Shown in pieces: positions 11,410 to 21,882 of a stretch of DNA of 64,000 bases. Each line of letters opens with the position of its first letter. Position 1 is the stretch's first letter. Source of the DNA: an uncultured Actinomycetota bacterium (GTDB taxonomy: Bacteria; Actinomycetota; Actinomycetes; Mycobacteriales; Mycobacteriaceae); contig CAVYCT010000039.1 in NCBI GenBank assembly GCA_963766945.1, forward strand, positions 60,563 through 124,562, read 5' to 3'. Position numbers and translations under genes: made by a program. The notes under the pieces were generated by a model. It ran no database searches. It worked only from the letters and a program-made list of their open reading frames with translations, and had not been told where the DNA came from.

Positions 11410-11425
11410 TCGAACACATGTGCCA
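11410..11425. promoter_or_regulatory. Degenerate LexA SOS box at the 5' end of the DUF222 gene
   Basis: TCGAAC-ACAT-GTGCCA, 2 mismatches to TCGAAC-N4-GTTCGA. Confidence 0.5.
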
Positions 11426-11578
11426 ACAACCCCCACCAAGCCCCCGATCCACAAACCTGTGGATCAATCCCCACTTGGGGATAACCTCCGCGACCTGTCG
11501 GTGGCACATGCTAAAGCAGCGATGAGTTATGCGCACCGATCCGGTCTATATGGCGAGCACACCGAAGAGGAGGCCCGA

Positions 11579-12277
11579 ATGACTTCAGCCCTACCCCCTG
11601 TGGTCGACCACGACACGTGGCGCACCGAGCTCGACGAGCTTCGTCGCCGAGAGAAGGCCGCCACCCGCGAACTCGATGCCATCGCCGCGCAGCGCCGCCG
11701 GCTGCCCATGGTCGAACTGCCCGACTACACGCTGATCGGCGCCGACGGGCCCGTCCGGCTGGTCGACGTGTTCGACGGACGCAGCCCAGCTCATCGTCTA
11801 CAACCACATGTGGTTCGACGGCGCGGAGTGGCAGTGCGGCGGCTGCACCGGGCTCACGTCGCAGTGGGACCGGCTGGGCTTCCTGGAGCAACTACGACGC
11901 CCGCTTCGTCATCGTCACCAACGGGCCCATCGACGAGGCGCTGGCCTACAAGGCCAAGGTCGGCAACAAGATGGACTGGTACTCGTCGTCGCGAGAGTTC
12001 CTTCGGCGCGGACGTCGGAGCCCCGCCGGAGCCAAGGCTTCGCCGTCAACGTGTTCCTCCGCGACGGCGACACCGTGTACCGCACCTGGCACACCGACGG
12101 CCGCGGCACCGAGCAGCTCAGCTACACCTTCGCGCTTGATCGACATCCTGCCGTGGGGCCGCCAGGAGGAATGGCAGGACTCGCCCGACGGCTGGCCGCA
12201 GTCGCCGGCCTACTCCAAGTGGCTCGACTCCCCCGATATCGCTGCGCCTCTACGGCCCGAACGGAGACGTGAAATGA
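11579..12277 (+). CDS. DUF899 thioredoxin-like protein, frameshifted
   Basis: REKAATRELDAIAAQRRRLPMV, HMWFDGAEWQCGGCT, VFLRDGDTVYRT, GRGTEQL, PWGRQEEWQDSP. Confidence 0.87.
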
Positions 12278-12753
12278 CCACTGCAACCGAAGAGCGTTAC
12301 GTCGTCACGCGGACGATCCCCGCCACCCCCGCCGAGATCTTCGCGGTGCTCGCCGACCCGACCCGCCACAAGCACACCGAACCCGGCGACTGGGTCCGCG
12401 ACGCAATCGACACCGACACCATCACCGCCCCCGGCCAGATGTTCGCCGTGAACATGTTCCTAGAGCAGGCCGGTGGCCACTACGTGATGCACAACCTCGT
12501 CACCGAATTCGAGCGGGACCGGACCATCGCGTGGCTTCCCGGTCAGCTGGACGAGGCAGGCAAGCACGGTCCCGGGGGCTGGTACTGGCGCTACGACCTC
12601 GCCCCCAACGGCGCGGGCACCGACGTCACGCTCACCTATGACTGGAGCGGGACCGAACAGGAGTTTCGCGAAACCGTCGGCGTGCCGGTGTTTCCGGTGG
12701 AGTTCATCGAGGAGTCGCTGGCGACGCTCGATCGCACCGTGACGCGACGCTGA
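12274..12753 (+). CDS. SRPBCC (polyketide cyclase/START-like) protein
   Basis: VTRTIPATPAEIFAVLADP, RTIAWLPG, WRYDLAP, VTLTYDWS; ATGA coupling to DUF899. Confidence 0.85.
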   Translation: MTTATEERYVVTRTIPATPAEIFAVLADPTRHKHTEPGDWVRDAIDTDTITAPGQMFAVNMFLEQAGGHYVMHNLVTEFERDRTIAWLPGQLDEAGKHGPGGWYWRYDLAPNGAGTDVTLTYDWSGTEQEFRETVGVPVFPVEFIEESLATLDRTVTRR

Positions 12754-12898
12754 CCCAATCTTCGGCGCCGATCCCCTGATTGCGCATGCCTGAGGTAAGT
12801 AATATTCGCGCATGGCGTTGGTGACCGGCGCGACTTTGCCGGTTCCCCGTCGACCGACTGCCGGCCGCCAGCCACGCCTCGGGTAGGGAGGTTGCGCG

Positions 12899-13569
12899 GT
12901 GAACCTGCGGCACGAGAGACGAATCGCCCCGGTCGACGTGGTTGTCGAGCTCGACACTCCCGAGGAGCTGTTCTACGCCGATCCCAGTGGGCTTCTCGGC
13001 GGTTCGAATCGCATCGACAGCGGAATGGACGAATTGGTGGAGCGGATTCAGGCGCAGAAGAACCCCTCCAGTGACCAACGCATCGTGCTGGACATTGCAC
13101 GTGAGTGCGACGAAGACATGGCGGCAACCATGGTGGTGGCGGTGCACCGCTATTGCGAGCTGCGACGGCGTCGAGCGGTTCGGGAACTCGACCTGATCTG
13201 GCGCCAGGGCAAACGGGCGCTGCTCAACGGCTCGTTGCTCTTTATCGTGGGCATCGCGCTGTCATACATCTTCACGCGCGACGTGGGTCAGTGAGCTTCC
13301 AGCGCGACCTCTTGGGAAACGGGGTGTTCCTCGTCGTGGCGTGGGTCGGGCTGTGGTACCCACTCGACCTGTTGTTCATCGCACGGGAGCAGGCGAAGCG
13401 AGAGATCAGCGTGCTCGGCCAGATGGTCGCGATGCCAGTTGTCGTCCGCGCTCACGTCGGCACTATGGCCGTCACGGCAGTCCCTCGTGCACGGACATCA
13501 CCGAGCCTAATGGCCAGCCTCAATACCCGATTCCGTCGTTACCGTGGCCCCTCCAAGGCCGGCCTGTAG
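12899..13569 (+). CDS. Hypothetical membrane protein with two TM helices, one frameshift near 13290
   Basis: GGGAGG RBS; soluble N-terminal half, then LLFIVGIALSYIF and VFLVVAWVGLWYPLD. Confidence 0.65.
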
Positions 13570-13589
13570 GACCTAGGCCTGCGTCAAAC

Positions 13590-14477
13590 TCATGGCAGAT
13601 CGTGTGCGCCGAGCTGATCTCTCGGCACCACGATCATCGGCACATCCAACACGCGAAGCATCTTCGCGGCCGTCGAACCGAGGAACAGACGCTTGGGCGC
13701 GCTCAACCGGCTCGAGCCGACCATGATCAGGTCGCCGTCATGCCACTCGAGCTTGTTCACCGCTTCCTCGACCGTGGCGCCATCGACGATGGTCGAGCCC
13801 ACCGGGAAGTCCTCGGGCAGCCTGCTTCTCGCGGTGTCGAGGGTGTGCTGGGCGTGTGTCAGCGCCCGTTCGCGTACGGCGTCGTCGTCGCCGCGGAGCA
13901 TGCCGTACATCGGGTCAAGCGCGACCAGCGACACCAATCTCAGCGGGGTGTCCGCCGCCCGGCTGAAGCGAACGGCGGTGTCCAGCAACAGATCTGCTCC
14001 CGCGCGCTGCCCTAGCGCACACGTCACTTCGCGGACACGGTCGATCGACGAATCACGAGTGCCCCTGGGCGCCACCGCGACCGGTACCGGCGACGAGTAC
14101 AACAACTCGTTGACCACCGATCCCAGCGAATAGCTGCCCGCGAGGCCACCGCCGGAACCACCCACGACGATCAGATCGGCGCCGGCCCGTGAGGTCTCCT
14201 TGATCAGCCCGTCGGCGAACGAGTCGTCGAATATGACTTTGGTGCTCACGACCACGTCGTCGGGCACCGACGCGCGCGCTTCGGCGAGCCATTCCTCGGC
14301 CTGCTCGGCGAGATGCTCCTCGTAACCGCCCTTCGGCACGAGCGACACCGCGACGTGCTCCGGCGGCATGACAATGCACACCTCGAGCTCCGCGCCGAGG
14401 GTACGAGCGAGCCGTACACCGAGCGTGACTGCGTCAGCGCCTCCCGGCGTTGCCAGATACCCAACGAGAAGCTTCAT
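13590..14477 (-). CDS. Tandem-domain universal stress protein
   Basis: LLVGY, LIVVGGSGGG..GSVVNELL, LIMVGSSR..FLGSTAAKML. Confidence 0.92.
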   Translation of the reverse strand: MKLLVGYLATPGGADAVTLGVRLARTLGAELEVCIVMPPEHVAVSLVPKGGYEEHLAEQAEEWLAEARASVPDDVVVSTKVIFDDSFADGLIKETSRAGADLIVVGGSGGGLAGSYSLGSVVNELLYSSPVPVAVAPRGTRDSSIDRVREVTCALGQRAGADLLLDTAVRFSRAADTPLRLVSLVALDPMYGMLRGDDDAVRERALTHAQHTLDTARSRLPEDFPVGSTIVDGATVEEAVNKLEWHDGDLIMVGSSRLSAPKRLFLGSTAAKMLRVLDVPMIVVPRDQLGAHDLP

Positions 14478-14526
14478 CGGTGAATCCTGTCAATCAGCTC
14501 ACCGGGTCACGTGCACTTCCGACAAA

Positions 14527-15396
14527 TCAGTCGGTGTACTCGGCGGTGCCGTCCTCGAGGACCAGGCGGGCGTTCGACCCATCCGGGTTGGCGGCCTCGG
14601 TGCGGTAAACCGCATGCCCGGGTTCCGTACGCCAAATCGACGTCGTCAGCGTCTCGCCGGGGAACACCGGCGAGGTGAACCGTGCGGCCACCGCGCTCAC
14701 CTTGGTGGCGTCGCCGCCCCCGAGCTCGGCAACCAAGGCGCGCCCGGCGACGCCGTAGGAGCACAGCCCGTGCAGGATCGGCTTCGGGAAGCCGGCCATC
14801 TCGCGCGCGAACCACGGATCGCTGTGCAGCGGATTGCGGTCGCCGGACAGCCGGTAGATCAGCGCCTGGTCTTCGCGCGTCGGCAGCGCGATCTTCGAGT
14901 CCGGTTCGCGGTCAGGGATTTCCGGCGCCGACGGCCGCTGCCCGGGCTCGCCACCGAATCCGCCCGCACCGCGGATGACGGCGGTCGTGAACGTCTCCGC
15001 TACGACGTCGTTGGTATCCGGGTCGGTGCCGGTCGCCTTGAGCATGACGATCGCGTTCTTGCCCTCGCCCTTGTCCTGAATGTCGGCGACCTCGGCGACG
15101 ACGCTCAACTTGCCCGACGGTGACAGCGGCCGCGTTAGCCGGATCCCCTGAGATCCGTGCAGCAGCATGGCGAAGTTGAAGCTCCCGATCTTGGCGGCCG
15201 CGGCGAACGGCAGGCACGCGATGACGGCGTAGGTGGGCAGCACCTGCTGCGGGGTGTCGTGACTGTTCTCGGTGGTGAACGCCAGATCCTCGAGCCCGGC
15301 GCCGACACCGAGCGCATAGAGCAGGGTGTCGCGATCGGTCCACTCGAACAGTTGGGGTTCGGTCTTCGCGCCGATGGCGCCGGGGTCGAGAGCCAT
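14527..15396 (-). CDS. htdY: Double hot-dog 3-hydroxyacyl-thioester dehydratase (MaoC family, Rv3389c homolog)
   Basis: YRLSGDRNPLHSDP...FPKPILHGLC hydratase-2 motif; synteny with acrA1. Confidence 0.88.
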   Translation of the reverse strand: MALDPGAIGAKTEPQLFEWTDRDTLLYALGVGAGLEDLAFTTENSHDTPQQVLPTYAVIACLPFAAAAKIGSFNFAMLLHGSQGIRLTRPLSPSGKLSVVAEVADIQDKGEGKNAIVMLKATGTDPDTNDVVAETFTTAVIRGAGGFGGEPGQRPSAPEIPDREPDSKIALPTREDQALIYRLSGDRNPLHSDPWFAREMAGFPKPILHGLCSYGVAGRALVAELGGGDATKVSAVAARFTSPVFPGETLTTSIWRTEPGHAVYRTEAANPDGSNARLVLEDGTAEYTD

Positions 15397-15489
15397 AGAC
15401 GGACGATATCTGCCCCCGACGAACACGTCACGTCCCCCGCAAGCGAGGTGCGGTTGACCTTTGTCTGACTAGGGGTGACCATGGCTCGC

Positions 15490-17504
15490 ATGCGTTATGT
15501 CGTTACCGGCGGTACCGGGTTTATTGGCCGGCGGGTGGTGTCGAAGCTCCTGGCCCGTCCCGACGCCGAAGTGTGGGTTCTGGTGCGACGGGAGTCGCTC
15601 GGCAGGTTCGAGCGGCTGGCGAACGACGGTGGCCAGGCCTGGGGCGAGCGGGCGAAGCCGCTTGTCGGCGACCTCACCGCACCCGACCTCGGGCTCGCCG
15701 AGGATGTTCTCGCCGAACTCGGCACCGTCGATCACGTCGTGCACTGCGCCGCGATCTACGACATCACCGTCGGCGAGGAGGAACAGCGCGCCGCCAATGT
15801 GGAGGGCACGCGCGCGGTGATCGACCTGGCGCGGCGGCTGGACGCGACGTTGCACCACGTGTCGTCGATCGCGGTCGCGGGCGCGTACCGGGGCGAGTTC
15901 ACCGAAGACGACTTCGACGTCGCCCAGGACCTGCCGACGCCGTATCACCAGACGAAGTTCGAGGCCGAGCTGCTGGTGCGCTCGGCGCAGGGATTGCGAT
16001 ACCGGGTGTATCGGCCTGCGGTCGTCGTCGGCGACTCGCGCACCGGTGAAATGGACAAGGTTGACGGGCCCTACTACTTCTTCCCCGTGCTCGCCAAGCT
16101 GGCCCGGCTGCCCAGGCTGACCCCGATGGTGCTGCCCGACACCGGTCGCACCAACATCGTGCCCGTCGACTTCGTGGTCGAAGCCGTCGTCCACATCATG
16201 CACACCGAGGGCCGCGACGGACAGACCTTCCACCTCACCGCACCGAAAACCACTGGGCTGCGGGGCATTTACCGCGGTGTCGCGAAGGCCGCCGGCCTGC
16301 CGCCACTGCGCGGATCGCTGCCGAGCGCCACCGCCACGCCGATTATGCGGGCCACCGGGCGCGCCAAGGTGTTGCGCAATATGGCGGCCACACAGCTCGG
16401 GGTCCCCGCCGAGATCCTCGACGTCGTCGACCTGTTCCCGACGTTCACCTCCGACAACGCCGACGACGCGTTGCGCGGCACCGGGATAACGGTTCCGGAC
16501 TTCGCGTCGTATGCGCCGAACCTGTGGCGATACTGGGCCGAGCATCTCGACCCGAACCGCGCCCGCCGCGACGATCCGGCCGGACCTCTGGTGCGCAAGC
16601 ACGTCATCATCACCGGCGCCTCCAGCGGGATCGGGCGCGCGGCGGCGATCGCCGTGGCCGAGCGCGGTGCGACGGTATTCGCGTTGGCGCGCAACGCCGA
16701 AGCGCTCGACGAGCTCGTCGCCGAGATCCGCGCCGCAGGTGGTCAGGCACACGCCTTCACGTGCGACGTCACCGACTCGACCTCTGTCGAGCACACCGTC
16801 AAGGACATCCTCGGCCGGTTCGGTCACGTCGACTATCTGGTCAACAACGCCGGACGGTCCATCCGGCGCTCGGTGGTCGCCTCGACCGACCGGATGCACG
16901 ACTACGAACGCGTGATGGCCGTCAACTACTTCGGCGCGGTCCGCATGGTGCTGGCGCTGCTGCCGCATTGGCGCGAACGCCGGTTCGGGCATGTCGTCAA
17001 TGTGTCCAGCGCAGGCGTTCAGGCCAGCAGCCCCAAGTACAGCGCCTACATTCCGAGCAAGGCCGCGTTGGACGCATTCGCCGAAGTGGTGGGGACCGAG
17101 ACTCTGTCGGACCACATCACCTTCACCAGCATCCACATGCCGTTGGTGAAGACACCGATGATCGCGCCCTCCCGCCGACTCAACCCGATGCCGCCGATCA
17201 GCGCCGAGCACGCGGCGGCGATGGTGGTGCGCGGCCTGGTGGACAAACCGGCCCGGATCGACACTCCGGTCGGGACGCTGGCCGATGTCGGCACATACTT
17301 CACGCCGAAGCTGTCCCGCCGCGTCCTGCATCAGATCTACCTCGGCTATCCGGACTCGGCGGCGGCCCGCGGCGTGACTGCCGAGCCGTCGCTTCGCCTC
17401 GCACGCCTCGGCGCCCGACGCGACCGCCTCGGGCGATCGCCTCACTGCGCGTCCCAGGGCCGGTCAAGCGCGCCGTGCGGTTGGTGCCCGGCGTGCACTG
17501 GTGA
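15490..17504 (+). CDS. acrA1: Two-domain SDR, acyl-CoA reductase AcrA1 (Rv3391 homolog), frameshift near C-terminus
   Basis: VTGGTGFIG and YHQTKFEAE, then ITGASSGIG, NNAGRSIRR, YSAYIPSK; C-terminal LVPGVHW in another frame. Confidence 0.9.
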
Positions 17505-17529
17505 GCCGCGGGGCCCTATCGTTGGCAAC

Positions 17530-18566
17530 GTGACACTGCCCGTCTTCGCCGACGTCGATACCGGCGTCGACGACGCGATGGCTTTGGTGTACTTGTTCGC
17601 CAGCGAAGAAGCCGAAGTGGTCGGCATCGCGTCGACCGCGGGGAACGTTCCCGCACAACAGGTTTGCCGTAACAACCTGGGTTTGCTCGAGCTGTGCCGG
17701 ATGGACGTCCCGGTGTCCAAGGGGCTCGGAGGAACCACTCAGCACGCCGCTGCGCACCGCGGAGGACACCCACGGCCCCGAGGGGTTGGGCTACGCGCAG
17801 TTGCCTTCCACCGATCGGCAGCTCACCGCGCACGACGCCGCCGATGCGTGGGTCCGTGCGGCCCGACGAACATCCGGGTGAGTTGGTCGCGATCGCCGTC
17901 GGCCCGCTGACCAACCTGGCGCTGGCGCTGCGCAAGGAGCCGGCCCTGCCCAAACTGTTGCGGCGGCTGGTGATCATGGGCGGCGCGTTCGACTACCGCG
18001 GCAACACCACACCGGTCGCGGAGTGGAACATCAGCGTGGACCCCGAGGCGGCTGCCGAGGTGTTCGCGGTCTGGGGCGCGGCGTGGGGTCTCGACTCGCC
18101 CGCACACCTCCCGATCGTGCTCGGCCTCAACCTGACCGAGAACATCGCGATGACACCGGCGCTGCTGAGCCGGCTCGCGGCGGCGGCGGAGTCGTCGTCG
18201 CTGCCGATGAGCGTGCTCGACGACCGCGGCACGAGGTCGGTGGCTTCCAACCCGTTGATCGCCGTGCTCGAGGACGCGATGCGGTTCTACTTCGAGTTCC
18301 ACTTCGACCAGAACGAGGGCTATCTCGCGCATCTGCACGATCCCCTCGCCGCGGCCGTGGCACTGGATCCCGACCTGGTCCGGTGCCGGCCTGCCGCGAT
18401 CGACGTCGAGCTGACGGGCACGTTGACCCGCGGCATGACGATCGCGGACTGGAGCAACCGTTGGGGCCGGGAACCCAACGCGCTCATCGGCGTCGAGGTT
18501 GATCCGGCGGCGTTCTTCGACCGGTTCATCGCCCGCGTCGGTGCGTTCGCGAAGCGACTGGGCTGA
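17530..18566 (+). CDS. iunH: Nucleoside hydrolase (Rv3393 homolog), frameshifted
   Basis: DVDTGVDDAMA, GPLTNLALAL, AEWNISVDPEAA, HLHDPLAAA. Confidence 0.9.
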
Positions 18567-18581
18567 CGCGACTGCCGAAGA

Positions 18582-19004
18582 TCAGTCGTCGGTGACGACG
18601 ATCTTGACGTCGATGTTGCCCCGGGTGGCGTTGGAGTACGGGCAGACCTGATGCGCCTTGTCGGCGAGCTCCTGCGCGGCGTCGTGGTCGAGGTTGGGCA
18701 GGGTGATCTCCAGCTCGACGGCCAGGCCGAATCCGCCGTTGTCGAGCTGACCGAGCGAAACCCGTGCTCCCACAGCCGAATCCGACACGTCGGCCTTCTC
18801 CTGCCGACCGACCAGCCGCAGCGCGGAGTGGTAGCACGCGGCGTATCCGATCGCGAACAGCTGCTCGGGGTTGGTGCCGTTGCCGCTGCCGCCCATCTCC
18901 TTCGGGATGGCGAGGTCGAGGTCGAGCGTGCCGTCGGAGGTGCGGCCGTGGCCGTCACGTCCTTCACCGGTGGCCAACGCCTCGGCGGTGTAGAGGGTCT
19001 TCAT
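18582..19004 (-). CDS. ohr: Organic hydroperoxide resistance protein Ohr
   Basis: GRDG, TNPEQLFAIGYAACY, AHQVCPYSNATRGN. Confidence 0.95.
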   Translation of the reverse strand: MKTLYTAEALATGEGRDGHGRTSDGTLDLDLAIPKEMGGSGNGTNPEQLFAIGYAACYHSALRLVGRQEKADVSDSAVGARVSLGQLDNGGFGLAVELEITLPNLDHDAAQELADKAHQVCPYSNATRGNIDVKIVVTDD

Positions 19005-19448
19005 GCGGATTCCTTTCGTAGTGATGCGTTGAGCGCATCGGTGAGGTTGTCGGACCGCGTCTCGCAGGTCCGCGGCTTCTTGTTCGGTCATTCCGGTCGA
19101 GCCGAACAGCTGCTCGGGGATGCACTGGGCCTTGCGCTCGAGCCGACGACCGGCGGGCGTGAGGGTGACGTCGACAAGGCGCTCGTCGTCGGCAGAGCGC
19201 TCACGACGGACAAATCCGTTGGCCTCCAACCGTTTCAGCAGCGGCGAAAGCGTGCCGGAGTCGAGTTGCAGACGCTCGCCGAGCCGCCCGACGGTGACGC
19301 GCTGTTCCTCCCAGAGCACCAGCATCACCAGGTACTGCGGATAGGTGAGGTTCAGCTCGGTCAGGATCGGCCGGTATGCCGCGGTCATCGCCCGCGACGC
19401 CGAATACAGGGCGAAGCAGAGATGCCGGTCGAGGCTCATCGTGGCCAT
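19001..19448 (-). CDS. ohrR: MarR-family organic hydroperoxide regulator OhrR, frameshift near 3' end
   Basis: LCFALYSASR (reactive Cys), LTYPQYLVMLVLWE, LDSGTLSPLLKRLE, DER. Confidence 0.92.
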
Positions 19449-19464
19449 GCCATGAACTGTAGCC

Positions 19465-19479
19465 CACAATTCAATTGTG
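19465..19479. promoter_or_regulatory. OhrR operator
   Basis: CACAATT-C-AATTGTG perfect inverted repeat resembling the TACAATT-N-AATTGTA OhrR box, just upstream of -10 TACAGT. Confidence 0.8.
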
Positions 19480-19489
19480 CACAACTGAT

Positions 19490-21106
19490 CTATTCGTAGA
19501 TTCCTTCGACGTACCACCGCCGCTGCCGGTAACACAGCAGCAGGGCCTTGCCCGGCTCTTCGCGCGAGCGCTCATCGCCGCCGTGGAGCAGCACCTGCGC
19601 CCTTGCGGTGCGCCCGGCCTTGGCTTGCTCGGGGTCCCACCATCTTTCGTCGACCGGCCATGGCCCGGCCCACCACGACAGCCTCCCGCCCTTGCCCGGA
19701 CCGACGAGTCGCGACGGGTCGGCGGAGAACAGCCCGCGGCCGGTCACCCGCACCGGATTGCCGTCGGCGTCGAACAGCTCGACCGGATCGTCGAGCAGTA
19801 CCGTCGGGGACGGCTCGGGCAGCTGCCCCGGCCACGGCTGGCCCGGATCGGCCCGCGGCACCAGCTCATCACCCAGCGGCGTGAAGGTGATGCGTTCGGC
19901 AGGTCCACGGCCACCGCTGAGCACCGGCACCTGTACCGCCTCGGGTCCGAGCAGACCTTGCACGCGCACCAGCGCGCGGCGGGCGCGCAGCCGGTCCTCT
20001 TCTCCGATGCCACCCCACAGCGGCAGTTGCAGCGCCTCGGCCGAAACCACTTCCACCGGACGCAGCCGGATCACGGTGACCGGCGCGGTCGGCCGGTCGT
20101 TGGGATTGCGCCTGTTCAACCAGCCATCGAGTTGCCAGCGCACCCTGTCGGCCGTGGCATCCTCGGTCAGCGGCTCGGCGCAGCGCCAAACCCGTTCCAG
20201 CTCTTCGCCGTTGGCGGTGATCGCATGGATGGCCAACCGGGTGCATCCCACACCGGATGTCTCGAGGCTGCGGTGCAGGGCGCCGGCCAGCGAGCGTCCG
20301 GCGAACGCAGCGGCATCCACCCGGTCGATCGGCGGGTCGCAGTTCATGACGGCGTCGAGCTCCGCCTCGGGCTCGCGGCCCGACGGGCCTCGGGCGGGCT
20401 CGCCGCGGGCGAACCGGTGCGCGGCCACCGCGTCTGCCCCGAACCGCGACGCCACATCGCTGCGGGACAGCGCCGCGAACTGGCCGATGTTGCGGATTCC
20501 CATGCGCCACAGCAGGTCTGCCAAATCTGCGCGGCCGGTGCCCGCCAGGCTCGGCTCAGTGGCCAGCTGCCGGATGGACAGGGCCGACAGGAACAGCGCG
20601 TCCTTGCCGGGTTCGACGATCCGTCCGGCCCGCGCGGCGAAGACGGCGGTGGGCAGTTGATCGGCGATGCCGACCTGGCATTCGGCGCCGGCCGCGGCCA
20701 CCGCGTCGACCAGTCGCTCTGCCGCGGCCTGTTCGGACCCGAAGTAACGGGCGGCCCCGCGCACCGGCAGCACCAGCAGACCTGGTCGCAGCACCTCGGC
20801 CCGCGGCACCAGGTCGTCCACCGCGACCGTCACACCTTCGAAATGGCGGGCATCGCGCGCCGGGTCGGCGGTGACGACGTGCAGCTCGGGGCACCTGGCC
20901 TGTGCTTCCCGGCGCCGCAGGCCGCGTCGCACGCCTGCCGAACGGGCCGACGCCGAACAGGCGATGACCCGGTTGGCCAGGGTCACCGCAACGGGAGCGA
21001 TTGGTGGCAGCCCGGCCGCGGCGGCCGCAGCGACCGCGGGCCAGTCCATGCACCAGATCGCCAATACGCGAGACGACACTGCGCGTGTGAGGAGCGATGA
21101 AGACAC
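19490..21106 (-). CDS. imuB: Y-family polymerase-like mutasome scaffold ImuB (Rv3394c homolog)
   Basis: RVLAIWCMDWP, GVRRGLRRREAQARCP, QLPLWG clamp motif, WAGPWPVDERWW, WYVEGIYE. Confidence 0.94.
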   Translation of the reverse strand: MSSSLLTRAVSSRVLAIWCMDWPAVAAAAAAGLPPIAPVAVTLANRVIACSASARSAGVRRGLRRREAQARCPELHVVTADPARDARHFEGVTVAVDDLVPRAEVLRPGLLVLPVRGAARYFGSEQAAAERLVDAVAAAGAECQVGIADQLPTAVFAARAGRIVEPGKDALFLSALSIRQLATEPSLAGTGRADLADLLWRMGIRNIGQFAALSRSDVASRFGADAVAAHRFARGEPARGPSGREPEAELDAVMNCDPPIDRVDAAAFAGRSLAGALHRSLETSGVGCTRLAIHAITANGEELERVWRCAEPLTEDATADRVRWQLDGWLNRRNPNDRPTAPVTVIRLRPVEVVSAEALQLPLWGGIGEEDRLRARRALVRVQGLLGPEAVQVPVLSGGRGPAERITFTPLGDELVPRADPGQPWPGQLPEPSPTVLLDDPVELFDADGNPVRVTGRGLFSADPSRLVGPGKGGRLSWWAGPWPVDERWWDPEQAKAGRTARAQVLLHGGDERSREEPGKALLLCYRQRRWYVEGIYE

Positions 21107-21113
21107 AGTTCAC

Positions 21114-21801
21114 TCACTGCGCGACTGTCGCCAGCCCTGATCGGCCGCTCGCGGAGAAGGTCAGCCGCACCTTGTCGATGCGGCCAAATCCCGGGCGACT
21201 CCCATCTCCATGGCCGGTGATCTCATAGCCGCAGACCCTTGCCTCCAGCCGGGCGGACGCCCCCTGCCAGTCGCCGTTGGTGACCAGCAGGGTGCAACCC
21301 TTCTGCCGCGCCCGGGCCACCACTGCCCGCGCGCGGGTGGCAGGCACCGACCGGCCGCCCAGGCCGAGCACCACCAGGTCCATGCCGTCCATCAGCACCG
21401 CGGCCACCTCGACCGGATCGCTTCCGGGTTCGGGGATGACCGCGATCCTGCTCAGGTCCGCTCCCATCTCAACGGCCGCCAGCAGGCCGACGTCCGGCTG
21501 GCCGACGATCGCGGCGTGGCCGCCCTTCGCCGTCACCGCCGCCACCATGCTCAGCGGCAGCGAGCGGGCGCCCGACAGGACCGCGACCGTCCCGCGCGGC
21601 AACGGCGCGGGAAGGAGTTCGCCGAGGGATTCGGGCATCGGCAGCAAAGATTCCGAGTCCGGAAGCCGCTCGGTCGACGGCACTGCGCCACGACGCGCCG
21701 CCGCCCACCTTGCCCGACACCGCCGCCATCTGGCGACGCAGGTGTTCTACCTGCTCAGCGCGGTTTAGACGGCGCTGATCCAGGCTCAAGGCAGCTGTCA
21801 C
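21114..21801 (-). CDS. imuA: ImuA' RecA-like mutasome protein (Rv3395c homolog), one frameshift
   Basis: [49 protein letters not shown]. Confidence 0.92.
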
Positions 21802-21837
21802 AGCAGCACCTCCCGCATCATCAGACTCACTCTATTT

Positions 21838-21853
21838 TCGAATGTATGTTCGA
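21838..21853. promoter_or_regulatory. LexA SOS box upstream of imuA'
   Basis: TCGAAT-GTAT-GTTCGA, 1 mismatch to consensus. Confidence 0.87.
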
Positions 21854-21860
21854 TACCCCG

Positions 21861-21882
21861 AGTAAACACCCGCCCACCGACA
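21861..21882 (-). promoter_or_regulatory. RecA-NDp / PafBC-type promoter motif upstream of imuA'
   Basis: Minus strand TGTCGG-N10-TTTACT versus consensus TGTCGG-N10-TANNNT. Confidence 0.55.

Noticed and set aside
18582-19535. OhrR-Ohr fusion protein (317 aa ORF)
   Set aside because: The junction (QPHRCAQRITTKGIR) is off-frame; one indel restores ...LTDALNASLRKESA* with an ATGA overlap and an RBS for ohr
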